Shown in pieces: positions 8,191-18,352 of a stretch of 64,000 nucleotides of DNA. The translations under genes and the position numbers were made by a program. The stretch is from positions 9,042 to 73,041 of the forward strand of contig JAWWPY010000024.1 of the NCBI GenBank assembly GCA_033854735.1, read 5' to 3'. Positions within the stretch are counted from its first letter, which is position 1. Each line of letters opens with the position of its first letter. This DNA is from Streptosporangiaceae bacterium. GTDB taxonomy: Bacteria > Actinomycetota > Actinomycetes > Streptosporangiales > Streptosporangiaceae. Under the pieces are notes generated by a model. The model searched no databases. It saw nothing but the letters and a program-made list of their open reading frames with translations, and had not been told where the DNA came from.

Positions 8191-10640
8191 GCCGCGAAGA
8201 CCCGGGCCGGCACCCGGAGCGCCACCTCCACCGTCTCGCCGGGCGCGGCCGCCGCCGAGCCGAACGCGCCGAGCACGCGGACCGGACGTCCGAGGCCCGG
8301 CGCACCGGCCACGTACACCTGGACGACCTCGCGTCCCGGCCGCGACCCGGTGTTGCGGACGCTGACCTGCAGGCGAAAATCCTCACCTGGCGGCAGGCCG
8401 GTCAGGTCAGCGGAGAGGGACTCATAGACCCAGCTGGTGTAGCCGAGCCCATGACCGAACGGGAAATGTGGGGTGGTTCCCGCCGCGTCATAGCCCCGGT
8501 ATCCGACGAGCAGGCCCTCGTGGTAACCGAGCTGCCCGTCGTGCGGCACGGCGTGCAGGACAGGGCAGTCGGCCTCGTCCGCCGGTATGGTCACCGGCAG
8601 CCTGCCGCCCGGCTCGGCCTGGCCGAGCAGGACATCGGCGAGAGCCTCGCCCATGGCCTGGCCAGGCAGCCAAGCGTAGATCACGGCCGCGGCCTGGTCC
8701 GCCCAGGGCAGGAGCACCGGCATACCGGAGTTCACCACGACCACAGTCCTGGCGTTGACGGCGCTGACCCGCTGGACCAGCTCGTCCTGCCGGCCGGGCA
8801 GAGACAGGGTGTCCCGGTCGAATCCCTCACTCTCTGTCGTCTCGGTCGAGCCGACCACCACCACCGCGACGTCCGCGGCGGCCGCCGCGTGGACCGCCTC
8901 TTTCAGCATGGTCTCCTCATCGGGGGAGGCCACGATGCCGAGCCGGATCGCGAGTGGTCCGGCCGTGCCCGATCCGGGATGGAAGTCGAGCCTGACCGCG
9001 GCCTCCTGCCCGGCGTCCAGCAGGATCGTGCCCCTGACCTCGCCCGGGCGGGTCATGGTCTCCACCGGATCCGCCGGGACGGGAGTCTCCCCGTCGGCGA
9101 CGACGGCGCCGTCCACCGTCAGCGTCAGCCGCCCGACCCCGGCCGCGCCGATCGCATGCGGCCCGGCCGTGTCGGCGCGGAACATGGTGAGCAGCGAGAT
9201 GCTGCCGCTCTCACCCCAGCCCACGCCCGGCGGCAGCCCCTCGCCCCACCAGGCGCACAGCGTCGAGTTCCGGTGCTCGGCCGCGAGCAGTGTGCCATCG
9301 GCCGAACGGAACTCCAGCCGGACGCCCGGCTCACCGGTGGCCGGATCACTGACCGACCCGGCCACCGGTTCGGGCACGGTCGCCCAGGTCTGGCAGCCCG
9401 GCGTCACGGTGACCGAGGCCAGGCCGGCCATGGCCTGCCGTAGCGCATCGGCGGGCGTGGATACGGTGACCGGGATCACGCCTGCGCTGCCGCCGCCCTG
9501 GATGACCGGGTGAACAGCGTTAGGGCCGATCAGGGCGACCCGGCTGATGCTGGCCGGGTCTATGGGCAGCGCGTCGCGGGAGTTGCTGAGCAGGACGAAC
9601 GAGGCCGCAGCCGCCCGCCGCAGCAGCCGGGGATCGGTAAGCAGTGGCCCGGATGTGGCCAGATGCCCGTCGATCGCCGGGTCGGGCCCGGATGAGGCCA
9701 GATGGCCGTCGATCGCCGGGTCGGGCCCGGATGGGCTGGCCCCGGCGGGGCCTGGTTCGCTGAGCGCGCCCAGTTTGCGGGCGACGCGCACGAGGCGCAG
9801 CACCTTGTCATCGATCACCGCCTCGGCGATCGCACCTTCCTGGACCGCACGGACCAGTGCGTCGCCCCAGGGGCCGTCCGGTCCGGGCATGGCCAGGTCG
9901 AGCCCCGCCATCGCGGCGGGCACCGTGCTGCGGGCCGCGTCCCAGTCGGAGACGACAACCCCGGTGAAGCCCCATTCGCCCTTGAGGACATCCTGCAGCA
10001 GCCCGGCGTGTTCGGTCATCCGGCTGCCGTTGACAGCGTTGTACGCCGCCATGACCAGTGCGGTGTCCGCCTCGCGGACGCAGGCCTCAAAGGGGATCAG
10101 GTACAGCTCGCGGAGCACGTGCTCGGCAATCCGGGCGTCATAGCTCCAGCGCTGGGTCTCCGAATCGTTGCCGACGTAGTGCTTGACCGTCGCCGCGACG
10201 CCGGCCGACTGGACGCCCCGCACGTACGCGACAGCGATCTGGGCCGCCAGCCGGGGATCCTCCGAGAAGCACTCGAAGCCCCTGCCGCCGAGCGGCGTGC
10301 GCATCAGGTTGATGGTGGGAGCCAGCAGGATGTCGACCCCCTTGCTCCGGGCTTCGGCGCCCAGCGCGGCGGCGAGCTCGAGCACGAGCTCGCTGTCCCA
10401 GGTGGCGCCCAGCGCGGAAGGGCAGGGCAGGCTGGCGGATGGGTTGCGGTCATCGAGGGTGATGCCCCGCACCCCGGCCGGGCCGTCCGATGTGATCATC
10501 GGGCGGAGCCCGAGGGGGCCGGAGCCGTGTGTTCGCCAGCTGTCCGCGCCGGTCAGCAGGCGCACTTTCTCCTCAACGGAGAGGGCAGCGATCCGGTTGC
10601 CCTCCTCCGTGGTCTCAGTACTGGTGGAACCCGCCGTCAT
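8082..10640 (-). CDS. glycoside hydrolase family 3 beta-glucosidase (with a PA14-like insert)
   Basis: LLTGADSWRTHGSGPLGLRPMITSDGPAGVRG, GFECFSEDP, and KHYVGND. GFTGVVVSDWDA carries the GH3 SDW nucleophile motif. Start taken at ATG 10640 (MTAGSTSTETTEEGNRIAALSVEEK); the maximal ORF reaches 10718. Confidence 0.9.
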   Translation of the reverse strand: MTAGSTSTETTEEGNRIAALSVEEKVRLLTGADSWRTHGSGPLGLRPMITSDGPAGVRGITLDDRNPSASLPCPSALGATWDSELVLELAAALGAEARSKGVDILLAPTINLMRTPLGGRGFECFSEDPRLAAQIAVAYVRGVQSAGVAATVKHYVGNDSETQRWSYDARIAEHVLRELYLIPFEACVREADTALVMAAYNAVNGSRMTEHAGLLQDVLKGEWGFTGVVVSDWDAARSTVPAAMAGLDLAMPGPDGPWGDALVRAVQEGAIAEAVIDDKVLRLVRVARKLGALSEPGPAGASPSGPDPAIDGHLASSGPDPAIDGHLATSGPLLTDPRLLRRAAAASFVLLSNSRDALPIDPASISRVALIGPNAVHPVIQGGGSAGVIPVTVSTPADALRQAMAGLASVTVTPGCQTWATVPEPVAGSVSDPATGEPGVRLEFRSADGTLLAAEHRNSTLCAWWGEGLPPGVGWGESGSISLLTMFRADTAGPHAIGAAGVGRLTLTVDGAVVADGETPVPADPVETMTRPGEVRGTILLDAGQEAAVRLDFHPGSGTAGPLAIRLGIVASPDEETMLKEAVHAAAAADVAVVVVGSTETTESEGFDRDTLSLPGRQDELVQRVSAVNARTVVVVNSGMPVLLPWADQAAAVIYAWLPGQAMGEALADVLLGQAEPGGRLPVTIPADEADCPVLHAVPHDGQLGYHEGLLVGYRGYDAAGTTPHFPFGHGLGYTSWVYESLSADLTGLPPGEDFRLQVSVRNTGSRPGREVVQVYVAGAPGLGRPVRVLGAFGSAAAAPGETVEVALRVPARVFAAYNCEAGGWTWPRGTFTVEVGRSSRDLRLSAALMSG
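9646..9723. repeat. 39-bp tandem repeat x2 (plus a partial third) inside the GH3 gene
   Basis: GGCCCGGATGTGGCCAGATGCCCGTCGATCGCCGGGTCG is followed by a near-identical copy. It encodes SGPDPAIDGHLA(S/T) twice in a linker. Confidence 0.9.
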
Positions 10641-10769
10641 CGGGGGCCCCCTGGGGTCTGGGGGTGCGGGCGACGACCCGCCCGGCCGGAGAACCGGCCG
10701 GGCGGGACCCACCCGCACGAGTGGGTTGTCATATCGCTGAGGTTGTCCTTCCGCCCGGATCTGCCCCGG

Positions 10770-12464
10770 TCAGGAGACTGCCTTGAGCTGAAGGATCGTG
10801 TATTCCAGGTACGGCGAGTTGGGACCTGGGTCCATGTAGGCGTTGCTGGGCGACGGCCAGCCGGTGTAGTGCCTGGTCGAGAACTCCGCCCAGGCCGCGC
10901 CGTACAGCAGCGGGGCGACCGGGACCTGCGTCGACATGATGGTCTCGATCTTGGTGACCGCCGCCGCCTGGGTCGCGTTGTCGCTGGTGCCGGCGTACTG
11001 GGCGAGTGCCGCCTGCACCTGCGGGTTGGAGTAGCGGCCGTAGTTGGCCCCGGCCGGCTTGCCGACCGCCGCGGTCAGCGCGCTGTCGATCTCGTTGTCG
11101 TAGATGAAGTACGGCGTGGGGCCCTGTGCGCTCCAGTGGATGGCGGTGTCGAAGGTGCCGTTGGCCACATCGGCGTTCCACACGTTCGGGTCACCGTCGC
11201 CCTTGACCGTCACGTTGAAGCCGAGCGCGTTGAGCTGGCGGGTGATCAGCTGGGCGTCCAGGTAGTAGTCGCTGTAGGGGATCGGGTCTTCGATCGAGAA
11301 GGTGATCTGCTTCCCGGCCTTCGTCCACTTACCGCCCGTCTTGGCCCATCCGTCAGCCGTCAGGATCGAGCTGACCTTGGCCGCGTCACCGGTGCCCGGC
11401 AGGTCGTTGGCGAGCGAAGAACTCAGGAATGTGCTGTCCCGGGGGAGCAGCAGGCCGCTCGATGAGGTCGCCGGTGCCTCGTTGCCGGCCTCGCCCTGGG
11501 CGGAGAGCTGGTCGCGGTTGATGCCCAAGCTGACCGCCTGCCGGACCGCGGCGTCGTTCATCGGCGCCTTGGTGACGTTGAACCAGAGGCTCACGACGTT
11601 GTTGGCGCTGAGGTACGGGGCGGTAGGCGTCCAGGTGTGGTTGTCCGGGCTCTTGGCCAGGTAATTCGCCTTGATGCCGGGGATCTGGTTGCCTGCCCAG
11701 TCAATCGCCCCGCTGGCGACCGGCGGGACCAGGTTGGCGTTCGAGGTGTACGAAGGGAAGTCGACTTCCGGCACGTGCAGCTTGCTCTTGTCCCAGAAGT
11801 ACGGGTTCTGCTTCATGCTGAAGCCCTGCGGGCTGAACTTGTCGAGCATGAACGGGCCGGTGCCGACCGGGCTGGGGTCGGCGAACTTCGTCGGATCCCC
11901 CACGGACGACCAGATGTGCTGGGGGAGGATGTTGACCTGCCCGATGAGGAACAGGTTCGCGTACTGGGGCGCGCTGAAGTTGAGCGTTACCGAGCTGCCG
12001 GATGAGGTGGCACTGGTCGGTAGCGGCGTGCCCACGATATTGAGCGACGGGTTCTTGATGAACAGGTTGAACGTGTACGCGACATCGGTGGCGCTGAACG
12101 CTTTGCCGTCATTCCACTTCACGCCCTGCCGGATGGTCATGCCCAGCGTTTTGCCGCCGTTCGACCAGGTGTAGCCGGTCGCCAGCATGGGGACCGGGGC
12201 CTCGGTCGAGTTCAGCGTGTTAAAGATGAAAAGCGGCTCGTTGTACAGGCCAACCGCGTGCGTCACATAACCGGTGGAGGTCGCCGAATACGGGCTGAAG
12301 GTGTCGGTCATCGGGGAGAGCGAGGTGCTCTCGACGACCAGGGTCTTACCTGTGCTGGCGGCCGGGGAACTGCCGCCGGATGAATTGCTCTTCGAGCTGC
12401 AGGCGGCGATCCCCATGGCGAGGACGCCTGCCACAGCCACGCTCTTCAGGACTGTGCGTCTCAT
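10770..12464 (-). CDS. ABC transporter substrate-binding lipoprotein, family 5 (peptide/oligosaccharide type)
   Basis: Lipobox MRRTVLKSVAVAGVLAMGIAACSS. SBP_bac_5-like core (GVKWNDGKAFSATDVAYTF). Confidence 0.85.
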   Translation of the reverse strand: MRRTVLKSVAVAGVLAMGIAACSSKSNSSGGSSPAASTGKTLVVESTSLSPMTDTFSPYSATSTGYVTHAVGLYNEPLFIFNTLNSTEAPVPMLATGYTWSNGGKTLGMTIRQGVKWNDGKAFSATDVAYTFNLFIKNPSLNIVGTPLPTSATSSGSSVTLNFSAPQYANLFLIGQVNILPQHIWSSVGDPTKFADPSPVGTGPFMLDKFSPQGFSMKQNPYFWDKSKLHVPEVDFPSYTSNANLVPPVASGAIDWAGNQIPGIKANYLAKSPDNHTWTPTAPYLSANNVVSLWFNVTKAPMNDAAVRQAVSLGINRDQLSAQGEAGNEAPATSSSGLLLPRDSTFLSSSLANDLPGTGDAAKVSSILTADGWAKTGGKWTKAGKQITFSIEDPIPYSDYYLDAQLITRQLNALGFNVTVKGDGDPNVWNADVANGTFDTAIHWSAQGPTPYFIYDNEIDSALTAAVGKPAGANYGRYSNPQVQAALAQYAGTSDNATQAAAVTKIETIMSTQVPVAPLLYGAAWAEFSTRHYTGWPSPSNAYMDPGPNSPYLEYTILQLKAVS

Positions 12465-12642
12465 TGCTTTAAACTCCGTAATGCCCGGCCGGCTCGTCGC
12501 CGGCCTGTTGTTAAGGACCGTGTCGGGGTCTTGATGTCAGTGGGGCGGTCTGCGGGTTGGCCGGGCGCTGCCCCTGCGCGTGGCCGCAGTTGTGTTCCGT
12601 CAGGGACTCAGGGCGGTATCCGCGACGTGGCAGCCCGGTTCA

Positions 12643-13791
12643 TCACGTCTCCTCTCCCGGGTCAGATGCCGTTGTAGAAGGCGTCGGCGGGCGGTCATCC
12701 GCCCGCCCTGCCAGTGGCCGGGCCTGTTCGGTGTCCAGGCCTTGGGCGTGTAGCCAGCAGGCACTGAGGTGACCGGAGGCCACCTCAAAGGCCGGCGGGG
12801 TGCGCTGGGCGCAGACCGCCATCGCATGCGGGCATCGCGGGTGAAAGCGGCAGCCGCTCGGTGGCGATACCAGGCTCGGCGGTGAGCCCCGCCCCTGGAG
12901 CGAGGGCGGTTCGGCCCGGTCAGGGTCGGGCGCCGCGCTGAGCAGGAGCTGGGTGTAGGGGTGGGCCGGCTCGTCAGTCAGTGACCGGGCCGGCCCGGAC
13001 TCGACCACCTGGCCCGCGTACATGACCATGATGTCGTCGGCCAGGTAGCGGGCGGAGGCGATGTCATGGGTGATGTAGAGGATCGCAAGCCCGTCCCGCT
13101 CACGCAGGTCACCCAGGAGATTGAGGATGCCGAGCCGGATCGAGACGTCGAGCATGGAGACCGGCTCATCGGCGAGCAGGATCCGGGGCTGGACCGCCAG
13201 CGCGCGGGCGATGGCCACGCGCTGCCGCTGCCCGCCGGACAGTTCGTGCGGGTACTTGCGGAGGAACTGGTCCGCCGGGCTGAGCGAGACCCGTTCGAGC
13301 AGGCCCGCAACGGTGTCGTCCAGGCTGCCCGCGGCGCGGCCAAGGTTGTGCACGATGAGCGGCCGGGCGAGGTGATACCGCACGTCGTGCACGGGATTGA
13401 GCGACGAGAACGGGTCCTGGAGCACCATCTGCACGAGCCGGGTGTAGTCCCGCCTGCCCCGGTTGGAGGCCGGCACCTTGGTGCCGCCGAGCAGGAGCGT
13501 GCCCGAGGTGGGTTTGATCAGTCGGGCGAGCATCCGGGCCAGCGTGGATTTACCGGAACCGCTCTCACCCACAACGGCCGTGATGTGCGACTCGGGCAGT
13601 GACAGCGAGACGTCTTCGACCGCGTGCACCACCGGGCCGCCTGGTTCGCGGCCGGCCGGCCGGCCGCGAACCAGGCGGCGGCCCTTGGCCAGGACGGCCT
13701 GGTGCGTCGGGAAGTGCTTGGTCAGGCCGCGCGCTTCGAGCAGCGTCGCGCCGGTGGCGGCCGGCGGGGAGGCGGTGTCGAGGTCGGTCAT
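12643..13791 (-). CDS. ABC transporter ATP-binding protein (DppF/OppF-like)
   Basis: Start ATG 13791 (MTDLDTASPP...) overlaps the upstream stop (ATGA). Walker A GESGSGKST, signature LSGGQRQR, Walker B LLADEP. Confidence 0.9.
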   Translation of the reverse strand: MTDLDTASPPAATGATLLEARGLTKHFPTHQAVLAKGRRLVRGRPAGREPGGPVVHAVEDVSLSLPESHITAVVGESGSGKSTLARMLARLIKPTSGTLLLGGTKVPASNRGRRDYTRLVQMVLQDPFSSLNPVHDVRYHLARPLIVHNLGRAAGSLDDTVAGLLERVSLSPADQFLRKYPHELSGGQRQRVAIARALAVQPRILLADEPVSMLDVSIRLGILNLLGDLRERDGLAILYITHDIASARYLADDIMVMYAGQVVESGPARSLTDEPAHPYTQLLLSAAPDPDRAEPPSLQGRGSPPSLVSPPSGCRFHPRCPHAMAVCAQRTPPAFEVASGHLSACWLHAQGLDTEQARPLAGRADDRPPTPSTTASDPGEET

Positions 13792-14993
13792 GGCTCGCTC
13801 CGGAGCTTCCGGGTGGTCGTATTCGCGGCTGTGGGCACCGGCCCGGGCGCGGGCTCGAAGCTCACGCCCGGGCTGGTGGCTGGTGGCTGGCCGGCGGGAT
13901 CCGCACCCCGCTCCGGCGCGGACAGCGCGGGAGGCGGGGGCTGGGACCCGTCCTGCAGCCAGCAAGCTGCGGCACGCCCGCGGCTGCCGTCCAGTTGGAG
14001 CAGCGGCGGCGTGTCGGTGACGCACCGGTCCATGACGTAGGAGCAGCGCGGGTGGAAGGAGCACCCGGTCGGCGGTTGCCGGAGGTCAGGAGGGGAGCCG
14101 GGAATGCCGGTCATGTGCCGGTGTGGCCCGTGCAAGGCGGGGAAGGAGCTGAGCAGCCCCAGGGTGTACGGGTGCCGGGGGGCACGGAACAGGGCCGTCG
14201 CGGCCGCTCGCTCGACCAGCCGGCCTGCGTACATCACAGCGATCGAGTCGGCGATCTCGATCAGCAGGGAGAGGTCGTGCGTGATGAACAGGACCGCGAA
14301 GCCGAGCCGTTTGCGCAGCTCCATGAGCTCTTCGAGGATCTCCCGCTGGGTGACCACGTCGAGCGCCGTAGTGGGCTCATCCATGATGACGATGTGCGGC
14401 CGCAGCGCCAGGGCCATGGCGATCATCACCCGCTGCCGCATGCCGCCGGACAGTTCGTGCGGGTAGCTGCCCAGCCGGTCGGCGGTGATACCCACCATGT
14501 CGAGGAGCTCAGCGGCCCGTGTCCGCCGGGTGGCCCTGCTCATGGTCGGCTGGTGCGCCCTGAGCACGTCAGTGAGCTGGGAACCGATCGAGAGCACCGG
14601 GTTGAGCGCGTTCATGGCGCTCTGCATGACGACGGAGATCTGCGACCAGCGGAGCACCCGCAGCTCGTCCTCCCCGGCGGCGAGCAGGTCCACGGTGTGT
14701 CCCTGGTCGGTGTGATAGCGGACATCGCCCCCGGTGATCAGGCCGGGCGGGCGGAGCAGCCTGGTGATCGCATAGGCCAGCGTTGACTTTCCACTGCCGC
14801 TCTCCCCGGCCAGGCCGAGCACCTCGCCGCGGCGCAGCACCAGGTCGGTGTCCAGCACCGCGTGGACAGCCTGCGACCCCACACCGTAGTCCGCGCACAA
14901 TCCGCTGACCTCGAGTAGTGGCTCGCCCAGGGCTGGCCCACCGGCCCGAGCCGGGATCCTGGTCACAGCGTCCCTGTCCCGACCCGCCATCAC
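13788..14993 (-). CDS. ABC transporter ATP-binding protein (DppD/OppD-like)
   Basis: GESGSGKST, LSGGMRQR, IVIMDEPTTALD. Confidence 0.9.
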   Translation of the reverse strand: MMAGRDRDAVTRIPARAGGPALGEPLLEVSGLCADYGVGSQAVHAVLDTDLVLRRGEVLGLAGESGSGKSTLAYAITRLLRPPGLITGGDVRYHTDQGHTVDLLAAGEDELRVLRWSQISVVMQSAMNALNPVLSIGSQLTDVLRAHQPTMSRATRRTRAAELLDMVGITADRLGSYPHELSGGMRQRVMIAMALALRPHIVIMDEPTTALDVVTQREILEELMELRKRLGFAVLFITHDLSLLIEIADSIAVMYAGRLVERAAATALFRAPRHPYTLGLLSSFPALHGPHRHMTGIPGSPPDLRQPPTGCSFHPRCSYVMDRCVTDTPPLLQLDGSRGRAAACWLQDGSQPPPPALSAPERGADPAGQPPATSPGVSFEPAPGPVPTAANTTTRKLRSEP

Positions 14994-16120
14994 CGTCGGC
15001 CCCTTCCACGGATTCCCCAGTGCCTGGCCGCCGGGATCGTGCCGGTCTGGGCGGCTTCGCCGGGCGGCTGGCCTCCTGTCCCCGCGCTGCCGTTCGCTGC
15101 CCCGGGCGGCCGGATGACCGGCGTCAGGCCGAGCACGAATCGCCGGGGCGGGGCCAGCGTCCGCTCCCGCTTGGCCTGCCGCCTGGACAGCCCCGCCACC
15201 CGCAGCCGCGGGTTGATGAACTCATCGATCCCGAAGTTGAGCAGGGCCAGCGAGGTGCCCAGCAGGGCCACGGCGAGCCCGGGCGGTATGTACCACCACC
15301 AGTAACCGCTCAGCTCGGCGTTCGAGACCTGGGCGAAGAAGAACATCGCGCCCCAGCTCCAGTGGTTGGGGTTGACCAGGCCGAGGAAGGCCAGCGCGGT
15401 GTAGGTGCCGACCCCGTACAGCACCGTGAACAGGAAGGACGACGCGATGATGGGGATCAGGTTCGGCATGATCTCGAAGCTGATGATCCGCCAGCCGCGT
15501 TCGCCGATGAGCCGGGCCGATTCCACGTAGTCGCGGTTGCGCAGGGAGAGGGTCTGCGCCCGGAGCACCCGGGCGCCCCACGCCCAGCCGGTGATCGCGA
15601 TGATCGCCCCGATCAGCACGTCGTCGCTGCCGCCGGACGACGGCAGGAACCCGAAGATGACGATCAGCAACGGCAGGGCCGGCATGACCAGGAAGAAGTT
15701 GGCCAGCATGGAGAGCAGGTCGTCGGTCCGCCCGGCCGCGAAGCCCGCCGTGACGCCGATCAGCACCGAGAGGGCGGTCGCCAGCAGCCCGGCCACGAAG
15801 GCGACCAGGACCGTGCTCCGCCCACCCGCCAGAAGCTGGGAGAACACGTCCTGCTGCTGCTGGGTGGTGCCCAGCCAGTGCGCGGCGGACGGGGCGAGCG
15901 GCAGGGAACCCGTGGTGGAGGCGCTGGCGGACGGATTCTGGGGCGCGAGCGTGGGGCCGAGCACGGCCACGAGCAGGAAGAAGGCGAGCATCCCCAGTCC
16001 GGCGAGGATCTTCGGCGACCTGGGCAGCTGCACGCGGCGGCCCCGGCGGGGGACGCTCGCGGTGACCACTGGCCCGGGAATGGGGGATCCGCCCAGATCT
16101 TCGGTCAAGCCGACGGCCAT
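14990..16120 (-). CDS. ABC transporter permease (DppC/OppC-like)
   Basis: Multi-pass membrane ORF with a BPD-transporter-type loop (ESARLIGERGWRIISFEIMPN). Overlaps the downstream ATPase gene by 4 nt. Confidence 0.85.
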   Translation of the reverse strand: MAVGLTEDLGGSPIPGPVVTASVPRRGRRVQLPRSPKILAGLGMLAFFLLVAVLGPTLAPQNPSASASTTGSLPLAPSAAHWLGTTQQQQDVFSQLLAGGRSTVLVAFVAGLLATALSVLIGVTAGFAAGRTDDLLSMLANFFLVMPALPLLIVIFGFLPSSGGSDDVLIGAIIAITGWAWGARVLRAQTLSLRNRDYVESARLIGERGWRIISFEIMPNLIPIIASSFLFTVLYGVGTYTALAFLGLVNPNHWSWGAMFFFAQVSNAELSGYWWWYIPPGLAVALLGTSLALLNFGIDEFINPRLRVAGLSRRQAKRERTLAPPRRFVLGLTPVIRPPGAANGSAGTGGQPPGEAAQTGTIPAARHWGIRGRGRR

Positions 16121-16123
16121 CGC

Positions 16124-17107
16124 TCAGGCCTCCTGACGCACGCGGGGGTCGAGGAACACGTAGACGAAATCGGCAGCCAGGTTCGCCGCGAGAACGGCCA
16201 GCGTGATGATCAGGAAGATGCCCTGGAGCAGCTGGAAGTCGCTTTCCTGGACGGCGGTCAGCATGAGGAAGCCAAGCCCCGGATAGCTGAATACGAACTC
16301 GGTGAGCAGGGCCCCGGAGACAATGAAGCCGATGGCCAGCGAGAAACTCGACACGCTGGGCAGGATCGCGTTGCGCGCCGCGTACCAGACCACCCGCCGC
16401 TTGGCCAGGCCCTTGGCCTGCGCGATGAGGACGTAGTCCTCGTCCATCGTGGTGATCATCACGTTCCGCATGCCGACGATCCAGCCGGCCGCCGAGGCGA
16501 CCACGATGGTCAGGGCGGGCAGCACCGCGTGGTCGAGCACGTCCGAGATGTAGGGCCAGTTGAAGGCCGGGAAGTCGAGCTGACCGTAGGCCCGGCTGCT
16601 CGGGAACCAGCCCAGCTTGGTGGCGAACAGGTCGATGGCGAGGAAGGCGAGGAAGAAATACGGTGCCGCCTGGAAGAACGTGGTGGCCGGCAGCAGGCTG
16701 TCCAGCCAGGTTCCGCGCCGCCAGGCGATGAGGATGCCGAGCAGCGTGCCGAGCGCGAAGCTCAGCACCGTGGCCGTGCCGACCAGGCCAAGTGTCCAGG
16801 GCAGCGCGCCGCGGATCACGGTGGTCACCGGCTGCTCGCCGTTACTGGTGGAGATCCCGAAGTTGCCGTGCAGGACGGTCCACCAGAAGTGGGTGTACTG
16901 GCCCCACAGGCCGACCGGGGTCCCGGCCCCGCCGAACTGCAGCTCGAGCGCCTGGCGGGTGGCCTTGGTAACGACCACGCCCTGCATTTTGGCCAGGACC
17001 GCGTCCACCGGGTTGCCCGGCATGACCCGGGGGATGAAGAAGTCCACGGTGACCGCGGCTATGGCGGTCAGGATGTAGAAGCCGATCCTGCGGGCGATCA
17101 CGCGCAT
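16124..17107 (-). CDS. ABC transporter permease (DppB/OppB-like)
   Basis: MRVIARRIGFYILTAIAAVTVDFFIPRVMPGNP is a typical DppB N-terminus. Also EDYVLIAQAKGLAKRRVVWYAARNA. Confidence 0.9.
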   Translation of the reverse strand: MRVIARRIGFYILTAIAAVTVDFFIPRVMPGNPVDAVLAKMQGVVVTKATRQALELQFGGAGTPVGLWGQYTHFWWTVLHGNFGISTSNGEQPVTTVIRGALPWTLGLVGTATVLSFALGTLLGILIAWRRGTWLDSLLPATTFFQAAPYFFLAFLAIDLFATKLGWFPSSRAYGQLDFPAFNWPYISDVLDHAVLPALTIVVASAAGWIVGMRNVMITTMDEDYVLIAQAKGLAKRRVVWYAARNAILPSVSSFSLAIGFIVSGALLTEFVFSYPGLGFLMLTAVQESDFQLLQGIFLIITLAVLAANLAADFVYVFLDPRVRQEA

Positions 17108-17119
17108 GGCTGCCGTCCT

Positions 17120-18214
17120 TCAGGCTGCTCGCCACGTGGGCGAGGAGTGGTCGGGCGGGCAGCCGCAGCTTTCGCGGCGAATCAGCCGGGTGGGCAGCAC
17201 GACATCACGCCGGGCCGCCCCTCCGTGTCCGATCATGGAGAACAGCACCTCGAATGCGGTAGCGCCGAGTTCCTGGATCGGCTGCCGGACGGTGGTGAGC
17301 TGGGGGCGCACGTGACGGGCGACGGGGATGTCGTCGAAACCGGTGACTGCCACGTCCCTGGGCACATCGATGCCGTGCTGGGTGAGGGCATAGACGACGC
17401 CGAGCGCCGTCTGGTCGTTGGCGCACGCGATGGCCTCGGGGAGAGTGGAACCACTGGCCAGCAGCCGGTCGATGACCCGCGCGCCGCCGGCCGCGCAGTA
17501 ATTGGCCTGCCATTGCGGGCCATCCAGAAAGGTCGCGCCGGCTGCGGTCACCTCGGCCTCGAACGCCGCGCCCCGGGCCAGGTTGTCCGGGCTGTCAGCG
17601 TGGCCACCCAGGTAGGCGAGCGTGCGGCAGCCATGGTCGCGCAGAAGATGGCGCGCTATGTCCCGCATGCCGGTCTGGTTGTCGCCGCCCACGTTCGACG
17701 TGGTCGTGGTCGGGCGCCCGGCCAGCGTGACTATTGGTATCTGCCGGGAGAGCCGTTCGAGCTGGCCGGGGTCGAGTACCCGGTCGTGCAGGATCAGGCC
17801 GTCACTCTTGCGGGCCAGGGCGAAGATACGCCTGCTGTAGTCGTGATCATCCACGTCGACGGAACTGACCAGCAGGTTGTAGTCGCGCAGCTGGGCGGCC
17901 ACCTCGATACCCCGATTGATCAGGTCGGGGAACTGCAGGCTCTCTTCCTCGTCCTCGAACACGCCCGTGTCCGTGATGGTCACGGACGGCCGCCGGATGA
18001 CGACCCCGATGACCTCCTTGAGCCGGGCGCTCAGCGCGCGCGCCGCGCCATCCGGGATGAAGCCGAGCTCAGCGACCGCCTCCTGGACACGCTGCTTGGT
18101 GTCGGGGAGCGGGTTTCGGCGTCCGTTGAGCACCCGGGAAACAGAAGCGATCGACACGCCTGCCACCCGCGCCACGTCGTAGATCGTTGGCGGGGTGTGG
18201 CCCGTGTCGTCCAC
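17120..18214 (-). CDS. LacI family transcriptional regulator
   Basis: HTH TIYDVARVAGVSIASVSRVLNG plus a periplasmic-binding-fold C-terminal part. The maximal ORF starts at GTG 18235. I prefer GTG 18214 because AAGGAG lies 6 nt upstream of it. Confidence 0.85.
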   Translation of the reverse strand: MDDTGHTPPTIYDVARVAGVSIASVSRVLNGRRNPLPDTKQRVQEAVAELGFIPDGAARALSARLKEVIGVVIRRPSVTITDTGVFEDEEESLQFPDLINRGIEVAAQLRDYNLLVSSVDVDDHDYSRRIFALARKSDGLILHDRVLDPGQLERLSRQIPIVTLAGRPTTTTSNVGGDNQTGMRDIARHLLRDHGCRTLAYLGGHADSPDNLARGAAFEAEVTAAGATFLDGPQWQANYCAAGGARVIDRLLASGSTLPEAIACANDQTALGVVYALTQHGIDVPRDVAVTGFDDIPVARHVRPQLTTVRQPIQELGATAFEVLFSMIGHGGAARRDVVLPTRLIRRESCGCPPDHSSPTWRAA

Positions 18215-18286
18215 CGGCACGCTCCTTTGCGGCACCGCTGTCCTCGCCCGGCGTCTGAGTGCCCGGGAAGGTCCTGCCTCTCAAGG

Positions 18287-18302
18287 TGGTAAGCGCTTAC
18301 CA
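18287..18302. promoter_or_regulatory. LacI-type operator, perfect 16-bp palindrome TGGTAAGCGCTTACCA
   Basis: Exact palindrome with a central CG, the canonical LacI/GalR operator shape, 52-73 nt upstream of the LacI gene start. Confidence 0.6.
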
Positions 18303-18352
18303 GACGCGCCTCAGAGAGTGCTCCCTCATCCGACCCCGAGTGTTCCCCGGTA

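Noticed and set aside
8451-11465. Several long plus-strand ORFs (8451-9443, 8755-9513, 9702-11465) antisense to the GH3 and SBP genes
   Set aside because: Low-complexity GC-artefact translations. The opposite strand carries strong GH3 and SBP_bac_5 signatures.
14918-18292. 1124-aa plus-strand ORF, the longest in the track
   Set aside because: It lies antisense to two ABC permeases, part of an ATPase gene and the LacI gene, all of which have clear family signatures. Its translation is Arg/Gly/Pro/Asp/His-rich low-complexity sequence, typical of stop-poor alternative frames in high-GC DNA.
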